This document shows positions 31,701 through 40,142 of a stretch of 64,000 bases of DNA, piece by piece. The stretch is from Cenarchaeum sp. GTDB lineage: Archaea > Thermoproteota > Nitrososphaeria > Nitrososphaerales > Nitrosopumilaceae. The stretch spans positions 480,001-544,000 of the forward strand of contig OZ243037.1 of the NCBI GenBank assembly GCA_965212015.1, in the 5' to 3' direction. The translations under genes and the position numbers were made by a program. Each line of letters opens with the position of its first letter. Within the stretch, counting starts at the first letter, position 1. The notes beneath the pieces are model-generated. The model did no database searches, was not told where the DNA came from, and saw nothing but the letters and a program-made list of their open reading frames with translations.

Positions 31701-34700
31701 TGCGCCGTCGCCTTCCGGTATAGTCGCCGTGGCGCCCGATGTGCCCGTAACGCTGATGCCGGATATGTCAAAGCCGGTTACTGACTCGCTGAATTCGACG
31801 GTATACGTGACGGTTTGAGAGTTTGTAAAGTTGGATGATGTGGTCTCAAAGGAGATTATTCTCGGTGGCGTGTTGTCTATATCGTTGGTGACCGGCTCAT
31901 CCTCAAAGTCTGCAAGCGGGTTTGTCGCCATATCGTTTATGCTTCCAAATTGTGCGGCATACGTGACTGTCAGGGAATCCGTCTCTACCATGTTGCGGTT
32001 GACTGTAATGTCTATCATACTGCCAGAGACCTCTACTGATTCGACCTGGCCGCCGGAGCTTATGCCAAATACGGTAAAGTCAAACGAAGGATCGCCGGTC
32101 TCAGATACCGGCTCTGACATTACAAGGCGGACCGTTCTTGCGTCCAGTACGGATGCGCTATCCACCTCCGGCGGTATCCTGTCTATTGTAATAGTATGCA
32201 GTGACGATACGGTGTTTGGGTTTGTCGCATTGTCCATTGCAGCATTCGCCCGCACGGATACGGTTACGGTCCCCGTGTCTATACCGTGGGTTACATCAAA
32301 GGTATAGGCGGTGGAATTTACCTCGACAAAGCCTGCCGGACGGGCAGTAGAGTCGGCTACTGTAATGTCTTCCTCATCAAAGCCGGTTACGGACTCGCTA
32401 AATCCAACGGTATAGGTTATTTCGGCAGAGTTTGTCGGCGATGTCACGTCTGCGGTTATTTCCAGGGTCGGGGGTATGGTGTCTATCGTGCGGGCAATAG
32501 TCTCCGATGCCTCACTGGGGTTTCCGACATAATCCGTTGCGGCGCCTTTGGGTATGGACACCGTCACATTCCCGTCTGTCGAGGCCACGACATCAAACGT
32601 GAAAGAGCCGTCATTGTCGATGAAATTCTCAACTGCAGCGTCACCCGTCACGACGACTCCAGTACGGTTAAAGCCGATTACCGGCTCATCAAACGTAACG
32701 GTAAACGGTATGGTACGGGAGTTTGTAAAATTAGCCGAGGCGGTGCTCAGGGTGGTTATGGGTGATGCGCCATCGGATATTAGCAGGTCTGGAAAGTTTG
32801 CAAGCCGGTTTGTGGCCGGATCCTCGATGCTTCCCGTCGTCCTGGTATAGGAGACAGTCGGCGAGTCGTCATCCTCTATGGCGCCGGTCAGGTGCAGATC
32901 CACTATTCTGCCAGAGACCGTAATCGATTCCACCATAGGATTTGTTGCCACCTTGGTTACGGTAAAGTCGACGGCAGTTGTGGAGTTATCAAGTACGGGT
33001 TCGGACATTTCAAGGCGGATTGTAGTGCGGTTTTCTAGATGGCCGTCAAACACTACAGGTGGCACCCTGTCGACCACGTGCACAAGCTCACTTGATGCTG
33101 TGTTTGGGGTTCCCTGCGCGTCAGTTACGGCACCCTCAGATATACTCACCGTCACCGTACCATTGTCTGTGCCGTGGGTTACCTCAAACGTAAAGACGGT
33201 GCTGGCATTGGTATTGACTCTAGTGACCGGATCACTGCCCTGCACAGAGATGCCTGCCTTGTCCAGCGGCTCGCCGTCTATTAATACGTCAATGTTGTTG
33301 GGCCCAAAAAAGATCACCTCGTGTCCGAATACCACATTATATGATATTGTCTCGCTGTTTGTAGGCGATCCCTCGTCCGTAGATAGGGTGGTGCCCAAAA
33401 GATCCGTTCCAATAAAGACCGTAATTCTATTTGATTCCTCGCTTTCATTTCCCTTAATATCCCGTGCGGCACCCTCTGATATCAAGACGGTAACGGGGCC
33501 GCTTGATCCTCCGTGGAGCACGTTAAATGTAAAGGTGTCAGTGCCGTCCTCAACGGGCTCAGTCACTATGGCAGTATCGGATCCGGTCACTGTAATGCCC
33601 GTACTGTTAAAGCCAGAGACGGGCTCATCAAATGTCACGATAAACGATGCGCCCTCTGGCATTATCTGCCCGACGGCCAGGGTCGGTATTGGCCGCGTGC
33701 CGTCTATGCCGTTAAAGATTGGACTGTCATCAAAGTTTTCAAGACGGTTTGTCGCAGGATCGTGTATCGTGCCTGTTGATGCCGCATAGGAGACTTGCGG
33801 TGCGTCGTCATCTGTTATGTTGCCATTCAGGTTCAGCGTTATCGTGTCAGTGCCAAACAATATGTCGAGGACTAGAATATTCGCATCCACGCCTGATACC
33901 GCAAAGTCCGTGTTCATTGTGCCGTTATCAAGTATGGGCTCGGAGAGCTCGAGGATGATTGTGTCACTATCCGGTACAGTGCCTCCTGTTACGGTCGGCT
34001 GCGTGATATCAAAAATAAACACGACTGTGTTTGATGTGAGGCTGTCGTTTCCGTCCTCGTCGTGCACGGCGCCCGAGGGTATGAGTACATGCACCTGCCC
34101 GTCGGACTTGTGAACCATGTTAAAGGCATAGTCGGTGACGTTAACCATCTCAAAGCTTGACTCATCTACTTCTGCGGATCCGAACACGGCAATGTCCGTG
34201 GCGTTAAAGTCGTCTACAGGCTCGTCGAATTGTACGGTAAACGGTATCGTGGATTGTTTGGTCAGATTTATCCCGCCGTTCGATACCGTCGGCATGGGTC
34301 CCGTGGTGTCACGGTCGTTTGTAACTGTACGGTTGATATGGGCAAGCGGGTTTGTCGCAGCATCGTTTATGCTTCCAAATCGTGTAGTATACGCGACTGT
34401 CGGGTCGTCCGTGTCGAGAATTTCCCCGTCTACTGTCAGGTCGATGGTAATGCCAGAGACAGATATAAAATCGACGTCGGCCTCGGATGCTATTCCGGAT
34501 ACACGAAAGTTGCCTACGGCATTGCCGTCCTCGAATATCGGCTCTGACATTACAAGGCGGATTGTATTGGAACCGGATACAAAGATCTTATCTGCCACCG
34601 GCGCTATCCTGTCTATCGTTGTTTTAATTTGATTTGATGCCGTACTGTTGTTTCCCGCAGCGTCCTGTGCAGCACCTGCGCGGACCGATACGGTTATGGG

Positions 34701-37700
34701 CCCCGCAGATATGCCGTGGGTTACATTAAACGTATAAGTATCACCGGATCCCGTAAAGCTCGCCGTGTTGTTTGTGGATCCGTCCACCATAATGGCATTC
34801 TCGTCAATGCCTAATACCGGCCCGTCAAATTCTACCTCGTATAGTATGTGTTCAAGGTTCGTCAGGGGCCCGACATCCGAGGTTATGGTGACCGTCGGAG
34901 CTACAGTATCCACCGCAAAGGCTATGGTCTCCGATGCTGTATTGCCGTTATCTGCCATGTCCCGTACGGCATCCTCCCGTATCGATACTGTCACATCACC
35001 GTCGGCGGTGGCAACCACATCAAACATGTACAGTATGTTGTCGTTTGTAGTGGGCGCATCGGCAGTCGCGGCACCCTCGATTATAATATCGTCTATACCA
35101 AAGTCGTCCACCCGCTCGCCAAAGGTCGCGTTAATCGGTATGGTTCGCAATTTCGTATCGCCTGATTCCGTGCTGGCAAGTGTTGCCGTCGGCGGTATGG
35201 TGTCAAATGTTATCTCTAGCCTGCTTGATGCTATATTCTGGTTTCCCGCCAGGTCTGTCGCCCTGTTTTCGGGTATGGACACTATGACATTGCCATCAGA
35301 GCCGTCGCGCTCCACATCAAAGGTATAGGTGGCATCATCCACTGTGACAAAGTTCGATGTTTCGGGATTACCGTTGTTTGCTAATCCCTCCACCATTATA
35401 TCCCCTTCAATAAAGCCGACCACGTCCATGTCAAACTCCACCATGTATGATACCGTTGGACTGTTCGTATGCGTGGAGCCCGGCTCGGATGTTATTGTTA
35501 ATGTGGGTACGGGTCTCGTGGTGTCAAGGTCGTTTGTGGCTATTTGGTCTGCAAAGTTTGCAAGTCGGTTTTCCGCAAGATCCTCTATACCGCCGGTCTC
35601 TGTATATGATATTGTGGGATTGTCCGCATCCGTTATGGAGTCGTCCAGGTTCAGCGTTATCGTGCTGCCGGCGATATTAATCGAGGAGACTGACGATGTG
35701 GATGCCACGCCAGATATGGTAAAGTCGGACGCCGCGCCACCGGATTCGTCGAGTGGTTCGGATATAGTCAATACTATTGTGTCAGTATCAAACACCGAGG
35801 CGCCAGTTACAGTCGGCGGCGTGGCATCTACTGCGATTTCAACTGGTGAGGATGCAAGGCTAAGATTATCATCCGCATCGCGCGCGGCACCCTCCAGTAT
35901 CGTAACGGTGACGGTCCCGTCGGATGCTCCGCGGGTGACGACAAATTCATAGTCTCTTTCGCTGCCCGTCGGTTCTGCCGCCGTGCCGCCGGAGGTTCCC
36001 GATACGTCAATTCCCGTGGCGTTAAATCTGGTTACCGGCTCGCTGAATTGTACTGCATATGTTATGGTCTGGGAGTTTGTGGGGTTCGATGATGTGGTGG
36101 TAAAGGAAGTTACCGTCGGCCTCGTGGTGTCTATATCGTTGGTGACTGGTTCATTTGCAAAGTCTGCAAGCGGGTTTTCCGCAGCATCTTCGATATCTAC
36201 TGTTCCGGTGTATGAGACTGCGGGATTGTCAGCATCCGTTATGAGGTCGTTTAGATCAAGGGTTACTGTACTGCCGGTGATGTCAATCGAGGCGACCGAC
36301 GGGCCTGATGCTACACCGTTTATGGTAAAGTCAGATGCCGCGCCGCCAGAGACGGGCTCGGATATCTCCAGTATAATGGTGTCAGTGTCAGATACCGAGG
36401 CGTCAGTTACGGTAGGTGGCGTGGCATCTATTGCGATTTCAACCGGTGTGGATGCAAGGCTAAGATTATCATCCGCATCGCGCGCGGCACCCTCCAGTAT
36501 CGTAACGGTGACGGTCCCGTCTGATGCTCCACGGGTGACGACAAATTCATAGTCTCTTTCGCTGCCCGTCGGTTCTGCCGCCGTGCCGCCGGAGGTTCCC
36601 GATACGCCGATTCCCGTGGCGTTAAATCTGGTTACCGGCTCGCTGAACTGTACGTTATACGTGATGGTCTGGGAGTTTGTGGGGTTAGATGATGTGGTGG
36701 TAAAGGCAGTTACCGTCGGCCTCGTGGTGTCAAGATTGTTGGCGACTGGTTCGTTTACAAAGTTTGCAAGCCGGTTTTCCACAGGATCCTCGATGCCGTC
36801 AGTTTCTGTATATGATACTGTGGGACTGTCCGCATCCGTTATGAGGCCGTTTAGATCAAGGGTTATCGTGCTGCCGTCGATAATAATTGAGGATACTGTC
36901 GGGTTTGTCGCCACACCAGATATGGTAAAGTCAGACGCTACACCGCCGGAGACGGGCTCGGAGATCACAAGCGTGATGGTGTCGGTGTCCAGTACGGATG
37001 CGCTATCCACCTCCGGCGGTATCCTGTCTATTGTAATAGTATGCAGTGACGATACGGTGTTTGGATTTGTCGCATTGTCCATTGTAGCGCCCGCCTCCAC
37101 GGATACGGTTATGGTCCCCGTGTCCATACCGTGGGTTACATCAAAGGTGTAGGCGGTGGAATTTACCTCGACAAAGCCTGCCGGGTCGTTTTCAGAGCCT
37201 GTCACGGCAATATCACCCTCATCAAAGCCGTTGACGGACTCGCTAAAGCGCACCGTGTAGGTTATCTTGGCAGAGTTTGTCGGAGATTCTACGTCCGCAG
37301 TTATCTCCAGAGTCGGCGAAAGCGTGTCTATTGTGACCGTAATCTCGTCTGATGCCACGCTTTCGTTTCCGGCATGGTCAGTTGCAGCACCGGCCGGTAT
37401 CTGTACGGTCAGTTCCCCGTCTGTCGAGGCCACGACATTAAACGTGTAGGAATCATCACCGTTATCATTAAAGGCATCAATTTCGGCAGTCGCAGATCCT
37501 GTCACGGTGATTCCCGTACGGTTAAAGCCAGTTACCGGCTCGTCAAACTGTACTGTAAACGGTATGGTACGGGAGTTTGTAAAATTAGCCGAGGTGGTGC
37601 TCAGGGTGGTTATGGGCGATGCGCCATCGGATATCAGCAGGTCTTCAAAGTTTCCAAGCCGGTTTGTAGCCAGATCCTCGATGCTTCCATCTGTTCTGGT

Positions 37701-39845
37701 ATAGGCGACCGTCGGCGAGTCGGTATCAATTATGATTTTACTCAGGTGCAGATCCACTATTCTGCCAGAGACCGTAATCGATTCGACTGTAGGCTCCGAT
37801 ACCACGCCGGAGATGGCAAAGTCGTTGGCGGCCGCGGATCTGTCAAAGACGGGCTCGGACATTTCAAGGCGGATTGTAGTGCTGTTTTGTTCATAACTGT
37901 CAAATACGGCAGGTGGCACCCTGTCGACCGTATGTACAAGCTTGTTTGATTCTGTGTTCGGGGTTCCCTGCGCGTCAGTTACGGTACCGTTGGATATACT
38001 CACCGTCACCGTACCATTGTTTGTGCCGTGGGTTACCTCAAACGTAAAGACGGTGCTGGCATTGGTATTGACTCTAGTGACCGGATCACTGCCCTGCACA
38101 GAGATGCCTGCCTTGTCCAGTGGCTCGCCGTCTATTAATACGTCAATGTTGTTGGGCCCAAAAAAGATCACCTCGTGTCCAAATACCACATTGTATGATA
38201 TTGTCTCGCTGTTTGTAGGCGATCCCTCGTCCGTAGATAGAGTGGTGCCCAAAAGATCCGTTCCAATAAAGACCGTAATTCTATTTGATTCCTCGCTTTC
38301 ATTTCCCTTAATATCACGTGCGGCACCCTCGGATATTGAGACGGTAACGGGGCCGCTTGATCCTCCGTGGAGCACGTTAAATGTAAAGGTGTCAGTGCCG
38401 TCCTCAACGGGCTCGGTCACTATAGTAGTATCGGATCCGGTCACTGTAATGCCCGTACTGTTAAAGCCAGAGACGGGCTCATCAAATGTCACGATAAACG
38501 ATGCGCCCTCTGGCGTTATCTGCCCGACGGCCAGGGTCGGTATTGGCCGCGTGCCGTCTATGCCGTTAAAGATTGGACTGTTATCAAAGTTCGCAAGCCG
38601 GTTTGTCGCAGGATCGTGTATCGTGCCTGTTGATGCCGCATAGGAGACTTGCGGTGCGTCGTCATCTGTTATGTTGCCATTCAGGTTCAGCGTTATCGTG
38701 TCAGTGCCAAACAATATGTCGAGGACTTCAATATTCGCACCCACGCCTGATACCGTAAAGTCCGCGTTCACTGTGCCGTTATCAAGTATGGGCTCGGAGA
38801 GCTCGAGGATGATTGTGTCACTATCCGGTACAGTGCCTCCTGTTACGGTCGGCTGCGTGATATCAAAAATAAACACGACTGTGTTTGATGTGAGGCTGTC
38901 GTTTCCGTCCTCGTCGTGCACGGCGCCCGAGGGTATGAGTACATGCACCTGCCCGTCGGACTTGTGAACCATGTTAAAGGCATAGTCGGTGGTGTTAACC
39001 ATCTCAAAGCTTGACTCATCTACTTCTGCGGATCCGAACACGGCAATGTCCGTGGCGTTAAAGTCGTCTACAGGCTCGTCGAATTGTACGGTAAACGGTA
39101 TCGTGGATTGTTTGGTCAGATTTATGTTGCCGTTCGACACCGTCGGCATGGGTCCCGTGGTGTCACGGTCGTTTGTAACTGTACGGTTGATATGGGCAAG
39201 CGGGTTTGTCGCAGCATCGTTTATGCTTCCAAATTGTGTAGTATACGCGACTGTCGGGTCGTCCGTGTCGAGAATTTCCCCGTCGACTGTCAGCTCGATG
39301 GTATTATCAGAGACAGATATAAAATCGACGTCGGCCTCGGATGCTATTCCGGATACGCGAAAGTTGCCTACGGCATTGCCGGCCTCAGATACCGGCTCGG
39401 ACATTACAAGGCGGATTGTACTGGAGCCGGATACAAAGATCTCATTTGCCACCGGCGCTATCCTGTCTATTGTAATCTCGTGCAGTTCCGATTCTGCACT
39501 TGCAATTCCCCCAACTGTTGTGGTGCCCCCGCGTATGAGCACCGTCACCGCACCCTCGTCTATTCCGTGGGACACCTCAAAGGTATAGGTTGTGACATTG
39601 ACCATGGTGAGGTGCGGCTCATCCACCAGTGTGCCGTTCGCCGTTATTACAATATCACCGGTGCTAAAGTCCGATACCATCCCGCCAAATTGTACCGTGT
39701 ATAATATGCCCTCAGAGTTCGTCGGCGAGGTCACGTTGGCAGATATCACCGGAGCAGATCCGGGCGCCTGCGCAAACGCGAAACCGGCGGATAACATGAT
39801 CACTACACCATACAATAAAATTGGGGCATACCACTGCGCTTTCAT
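25707..39845 (-). CDS. Giant surface protein A, 5' part (4712 aa): signal peptide followed by alternating Big-like and SwmB-like Ig domains
   Basis: N-terminal signal MKAQWYAPILLYGVVIMLSAGFAFAQ; repeated FSExVTGF...GAAxDxAGN and PTVTGA...SEPV...SDF...TLxL...VSY...IED.A.N.LA.F modules; D/T/S-rich with many N-x-S/T sequons. Confidence 0.88.
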   Translation of the reverse strand: MKAQWYAPILLYGVVIMLSAGFAFAQAPGSAPVISANVTSPTNSEGILYTVQFGGMVSDFSTGDIVITANGTLVDEPHLTMVNVTTYTFEVSHGIDEGAVTVLIRGGTTTVGGIASAESELHEITIDRIAPVANEIFVSGSSTIRLVMSEPVSEAGNAVGNFRVSGIASEADVDFISVSDNTIELTVDGEILDTDDPTVAYTTQFGSINDAATNPLAHINRTVTNDRDTTGPMPTVSNGNINLTKQSTIPFTVQFDEPVDDFNATDIAVFGSAEVDESSFEMVNTTDYAFNMVHKSDGQVHVLIPSGAVHDEDGNDSLTSNTVVFIFDITQPTVTGGTVPDSDTIILELSEPILDNGTVNADFTVSGVGANIEVLDILFGTDTITLNLNGNITDDDAPQVSYAASTGTIHDPATNRLANFDNSPIFNGIDGTRPIPTLAVGQITPEGASFIVTFDEPVSGFNSTGITVTGSDTTIVTEPVEDGTDTFTFNVLHGGSSGPVTVSISEGAARDIKGNESEESNRITVFIGTDLLGTTLSTDEGSPTNSETISYNVVFGHEVIFFGPNNIDVLIDGEPLDKAGISVQGSDPVTRVNTNASTVFTFEVTHGTNNGTVTVSISNGTVTDAQGTPNTESNKLVHTVDRVPPAVFDSYEQNSTTIRLEMSEPVFDRSAAANDFAISGVVSEPTVESITVSGRIVDLHLSKIIIDTDSPTVAYTRTDGSIEDLATNRLGNFEDLLISDGASPITTLSTTSANFTNSRTIPFTVQFDEPVTGFNRTGITVTGSATAEIDAFNDNGDDSYTFNVVASTDGELTVQIPAGAATDHAGNESVASDEITVTIDTLSPTLEITADVESPTNSAKITYTVRFSESVNGFDEGDIAVTGSENDPAGFVEVNSTAYTFDVTHGMDTGTITVSVEAGATMDNATNPNTVSSLHTITIDRIPPEVDSASVLDTDTITLVISEPVSGGVASDFTISGVATNPTVSSIIIDGSTITLDLNGLITDADSPTVSYTETDGIEDPVENRLANFVNEPVANNLDTTRPTVTAFTTTSSNPTNSQTITYNVQFSEPVTRFNATGIGVSGTSGGTAAEPTGSERDYEFVVTRGASDGTVTVTILEGAARDADDNLSLASTPVEIAIDATPPTVTDASVSDTDTIILEISEPVSGGAASDFTINGVASGPSVASIDITGSTVTLDLNDLITDADNPAVSYTGTVDIEDAAENPLADFANEPVTNDIDTTRPTVTSFTTTSSNPTNSQTITYAVQFSEPVTRFNATGIDVSGTSGGTAAEPTGSERDYEFVVTRGASDGTVTVTILEGAARDADDNLSLASSPVEIAVDATPPTVTGASVFDTDTIVLTISEPLDESGGAASDFTISGVASTSSVSSINIAGSTITLNLDDSITDADNPTISYTETGGIEDLAENRLANFADQIATNDLDTTRPVPTLTITSEPGSTHTNSPTVSYMVEFDMDVVGFIEGDIMVEGLANNGNPETSNFVTVDDATYTFDVERDGSDGNVIVSIPENRATDLAGNQNIASSRLEITFDTIPPTATLASTESGDTKLRTIPINATFGERVDDFGIDDIIIEGAATADAPTTNDNILYMFDVVATADGDVTVSIREDAVRDMADNGNTASETIAFAVDTVAPTVTITSDVGPLTNLEHILYEVEFDGPVLGIDENAIMVDGSTNNTASFTGSGDTYTFNVTHGISAGPITVSVRAGAAQDAAGNNSTASNQIKTTIDRIAPVADKIFVSGSNTIRLVMSEPIFEDGNAVGNFRVSGIASEADVDFISVSGITIDLTVDGEILDTDDPTVAYTTRFGSINDAATNPLAHINRTVTNDRDTTGPMPTVSNGGINLTKQSTIPFTVQFDEPVDDFNATDIAVFGSAEVDESSFEMVNVTDYAFNMVHKSDGQVHVLIPSGAVHDEDGNDSLTSNTVVFIFDITQPTVTGGTVPDSDTIILELSEPILDNGTMNTDFAVSGVDANILVLDILFGTDTITLNLNGNITDDDAPQVSYAASTGTIHDPATNRLENFDDSPIFNGIDGTRPIPTLAVGQIMPEGASFIVTFDEPVSGFNSTGITVTGSDTAIVTEPVEDGTDTFTFNVLHGGSSGPVTVLISEGAARDIKGNESEESNRITVFIGTDLLGTTLSTDEGSPTNSETISYNVVFGHEVIFFGPNNIDVLIDGEPLDKAGISVQGSDPVTRVNTNASTVFTFEVTHGTDNGTVTVSISEGAVTDAQGTPNTASSELVHVVDRVPPVVFDGHLENRTTIRLEMSEPVLDNSTTAVDFTVTKVATNPMVESITVSGRIVDLHLTGAIEDDDSPTVSYTRTTGSIEDPATNRLANFPDLLISDGASPITTLSTASANFTNSRTIPFTVTFDEPVIGFNRTGVVVTGDAAVENFIDNDGSFTFDVVASTDGNVTVSIPKGAATDYVGNPSEASETIARTIDTIPPTLEITADVTSPTNSAEITYTVGFSESVTGFDEEDITVADSTARPAGFVEVNSTAYTFDVTHGIDTGTVTVSVRANAAMDNATNPNTVSSLHTITIDRIPPEVDSASVLDARTVRLVMSEPVSETGDPSFDFTVFGISSGGQVESVEVSGSMIDITVNRNMVETDSLTVTYAAQFGSINDMATNPLADFEDEPVTNDIDNTPPRIISFETTSSNFTNSQTVTYTVEFSESVTGFDISGISVTGTSGATATIPEGDGASYTFDVNRGDTDGTVTASILAGAARDDAGNPSEASDPVTVTIDTIPPVVDTASVLDATTIRLVMSEPVIDDGDLSFDFTVFGISTGGQVESVEVSGSMIDITVNRNIVETDSLTVTYVARFGSINDTATNPLADFEDEPVTNDIDNTAPVPTVSNGNIDLTNREIIPFTVRFDEPVTGFNATGIKVSESAGVQEHTFVPANATVYNFNIQAAEDGEVTVSILAGAARDGQGNPSVASNQVRFTIDTTPPTVTGGSVPGSNIITLDMSEPVFDRSAAADDFAISGVSSGPSVASIAVSGSTITLNLNNAVTDGDSPTVSYAASSGAIEDLATNRLADFEDEPVTNDIDNTAPVPTISSDESGITQFRNIPFTVTFDESVTGFNATGIKVSGSASVANFDDNNDDSYRFNLVADTDGELTVQIPAGAATDHAGNENTASEVFSIIVDTVPPTLEITADVESPTNSAEITYTVRFSESVNGFDEGDIAVTGSENDPAGFVRVNSTAYTFDVTHGIGTGTVTVSVEAGAATDDAGYVTARGQLAHIVDRIPPEVDSASVLDARTVRLVMSEGIVDSESVPFNFRVSGIATDPDPLSATFGDNTIDLAFEIDIEDDDVLELSYTRTTGSINDTATNILADFSGVTVTNDLDTTPPTPTVSNGDISLTNQLSLPFTVRFDESVTGLAEDEITVNGPARVVPGSFAPVNTTHYNFDVERVDSDGEITVFLAQGAAIDDDQNLSTTSNVVVFTIDTVAPAVTGDSIPDSNTIVLETSEPVTGGVASEFVLSGITPALTVNTIVVSDNTITLNLSDSIPDGGSLTVTYVESDGTVTDPAENPLAGFTRAISNEADDTSPTIISFTTTSSNPTRVSTITYDVVFSEPVTFDSVSGISVTGTSGAAANTPTGSGASHTFTVTRGTTDGTVIVSLSEGAARDDAGNPSEASDEITITIDTQRPVPTISANATGLTNSAAIQYTVDFGEDVDEFVASDIGVSARGISLAVPSIVEVSAGVYDFTISHGINEGNVTAQVLPFIATDAAGNSNIESSLHEITIDRIAPTVTGASVSDTDTIILEISEPVSGGAASDFTINGVATNPSVSSIVITGSTVTLELNGLITDADTPLISYTGTADSIEDLATNPLAAFTDHTVENEIDTTRPSVTDFTTTSSNPTNSQTITYTVQFSESVTGFSAAGIGVTGTSGGTVAEPTGTGRDYEFVVTRGVSDGIVTVTILENAARDTDDNLSFASSPVEITVDATPPTVTGAEVVNPNIIRLDLSEPVSDDGATASDFTIAGTASNHVVSSLSVSGSTVELSLAPSLTDADNPTVSYARTAGEIEDPATNRLANFAGFTVTNEIDTTRPSVTSFGTGSPNPTNSQTITYTVQFSESVTGFSAAGIGVTGTSGGTVAEPTGTGRDYEFVVTRGVSDGIVTVTILEGAARDTDDNLSFSSSPVEIMTDATPPTVIAASVSDTDTIILEISESVSGGAASDFTISGVATNPSVSSIVITGSTVTLELNGLITDADNPAVSYTGTAGSIEDLATNPLAAFTDHTVENEIDTTRPTITIFETTLPEHTNSTSITFTVRFSESVTGFDDASDVTITGTSGGTVNAPTGSGAEYTFTVNRGSTDGTITVLIPEDAARDDAGNPNTASGSVTRTIDTIPPTVTISADAQSPTNLGTIQYEASFDETITGVSFDDIVLEGSSETTVIFGGSGVTYTYGVSHDITEGELTASVRAGAATDLAGNTNAASVPLVLTVDRVPPEVDSASVLDARTVRLVMSEGIVDSESVPFNFRVSGIATDPDPLSATFGDNTIDLAFEIDIEDDDVLVLSYARTTGSINDTATNILADFSGFTVTNELDTTPPTPTVSNGDISLTNQSPLPFTVRFDESVTGLAEDEITVNGPARVVPGSLVTDDNVDYTFDVERVDSDGEITVFIAHGAAVDDDQNLSTTSNVVVFTFDITPPTVTGDSIPDSNTIVLEISEDVTGGNEADFTISGVTL

Positions 39846-39880
39846 ACGAATTTTCTACCCAGCACCTCCTATTTTAGGCA
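39846..39880 (-). promoter_or_regulatory. TATA-like CTAAAATA 24 nt upstream of the gene A ATG (leaderless-type promoter)
   Basis: The minus strand reads CCTAAAATAGGAGGTGCTGGGTAGAAAATTCGT-ATG. Confidence 0.5.
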
Positions 39881-40142
39881 ATTGGGCAGGACAGACAGGA
39901 ATGTCGCATAGCGAGGCGTGAAAATTTGTAAATTGCCAGGATCCGGCAATTCTGGCCGGAAAATCATACGGCCACAGGGCTTTGCCGTATGCTCTGCCGG
40001 ACATCATGAAATAACTGCCGTACCAGGTAAAACCTCACACTTGCAATGCAGTGTTTGATCGGCAGTCCGGATCGCAAGGATCGTTCCCCGGCGGATCGGC
40101 CTTTTGCCCGATACCGCGCACGGCCGGAAAAATCCCGCCGCA

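Noticed and set aside
39960-39995. Hairpin CATACGGC-N11-GCCGTATG, and other GC-rich intergenic stems (55700-55870, 56850-57110), as ncRNA or tRNA
   Set aside because: No cloverleaf or recognisable RNA family motif; short stems are expected by chance at this GC content.
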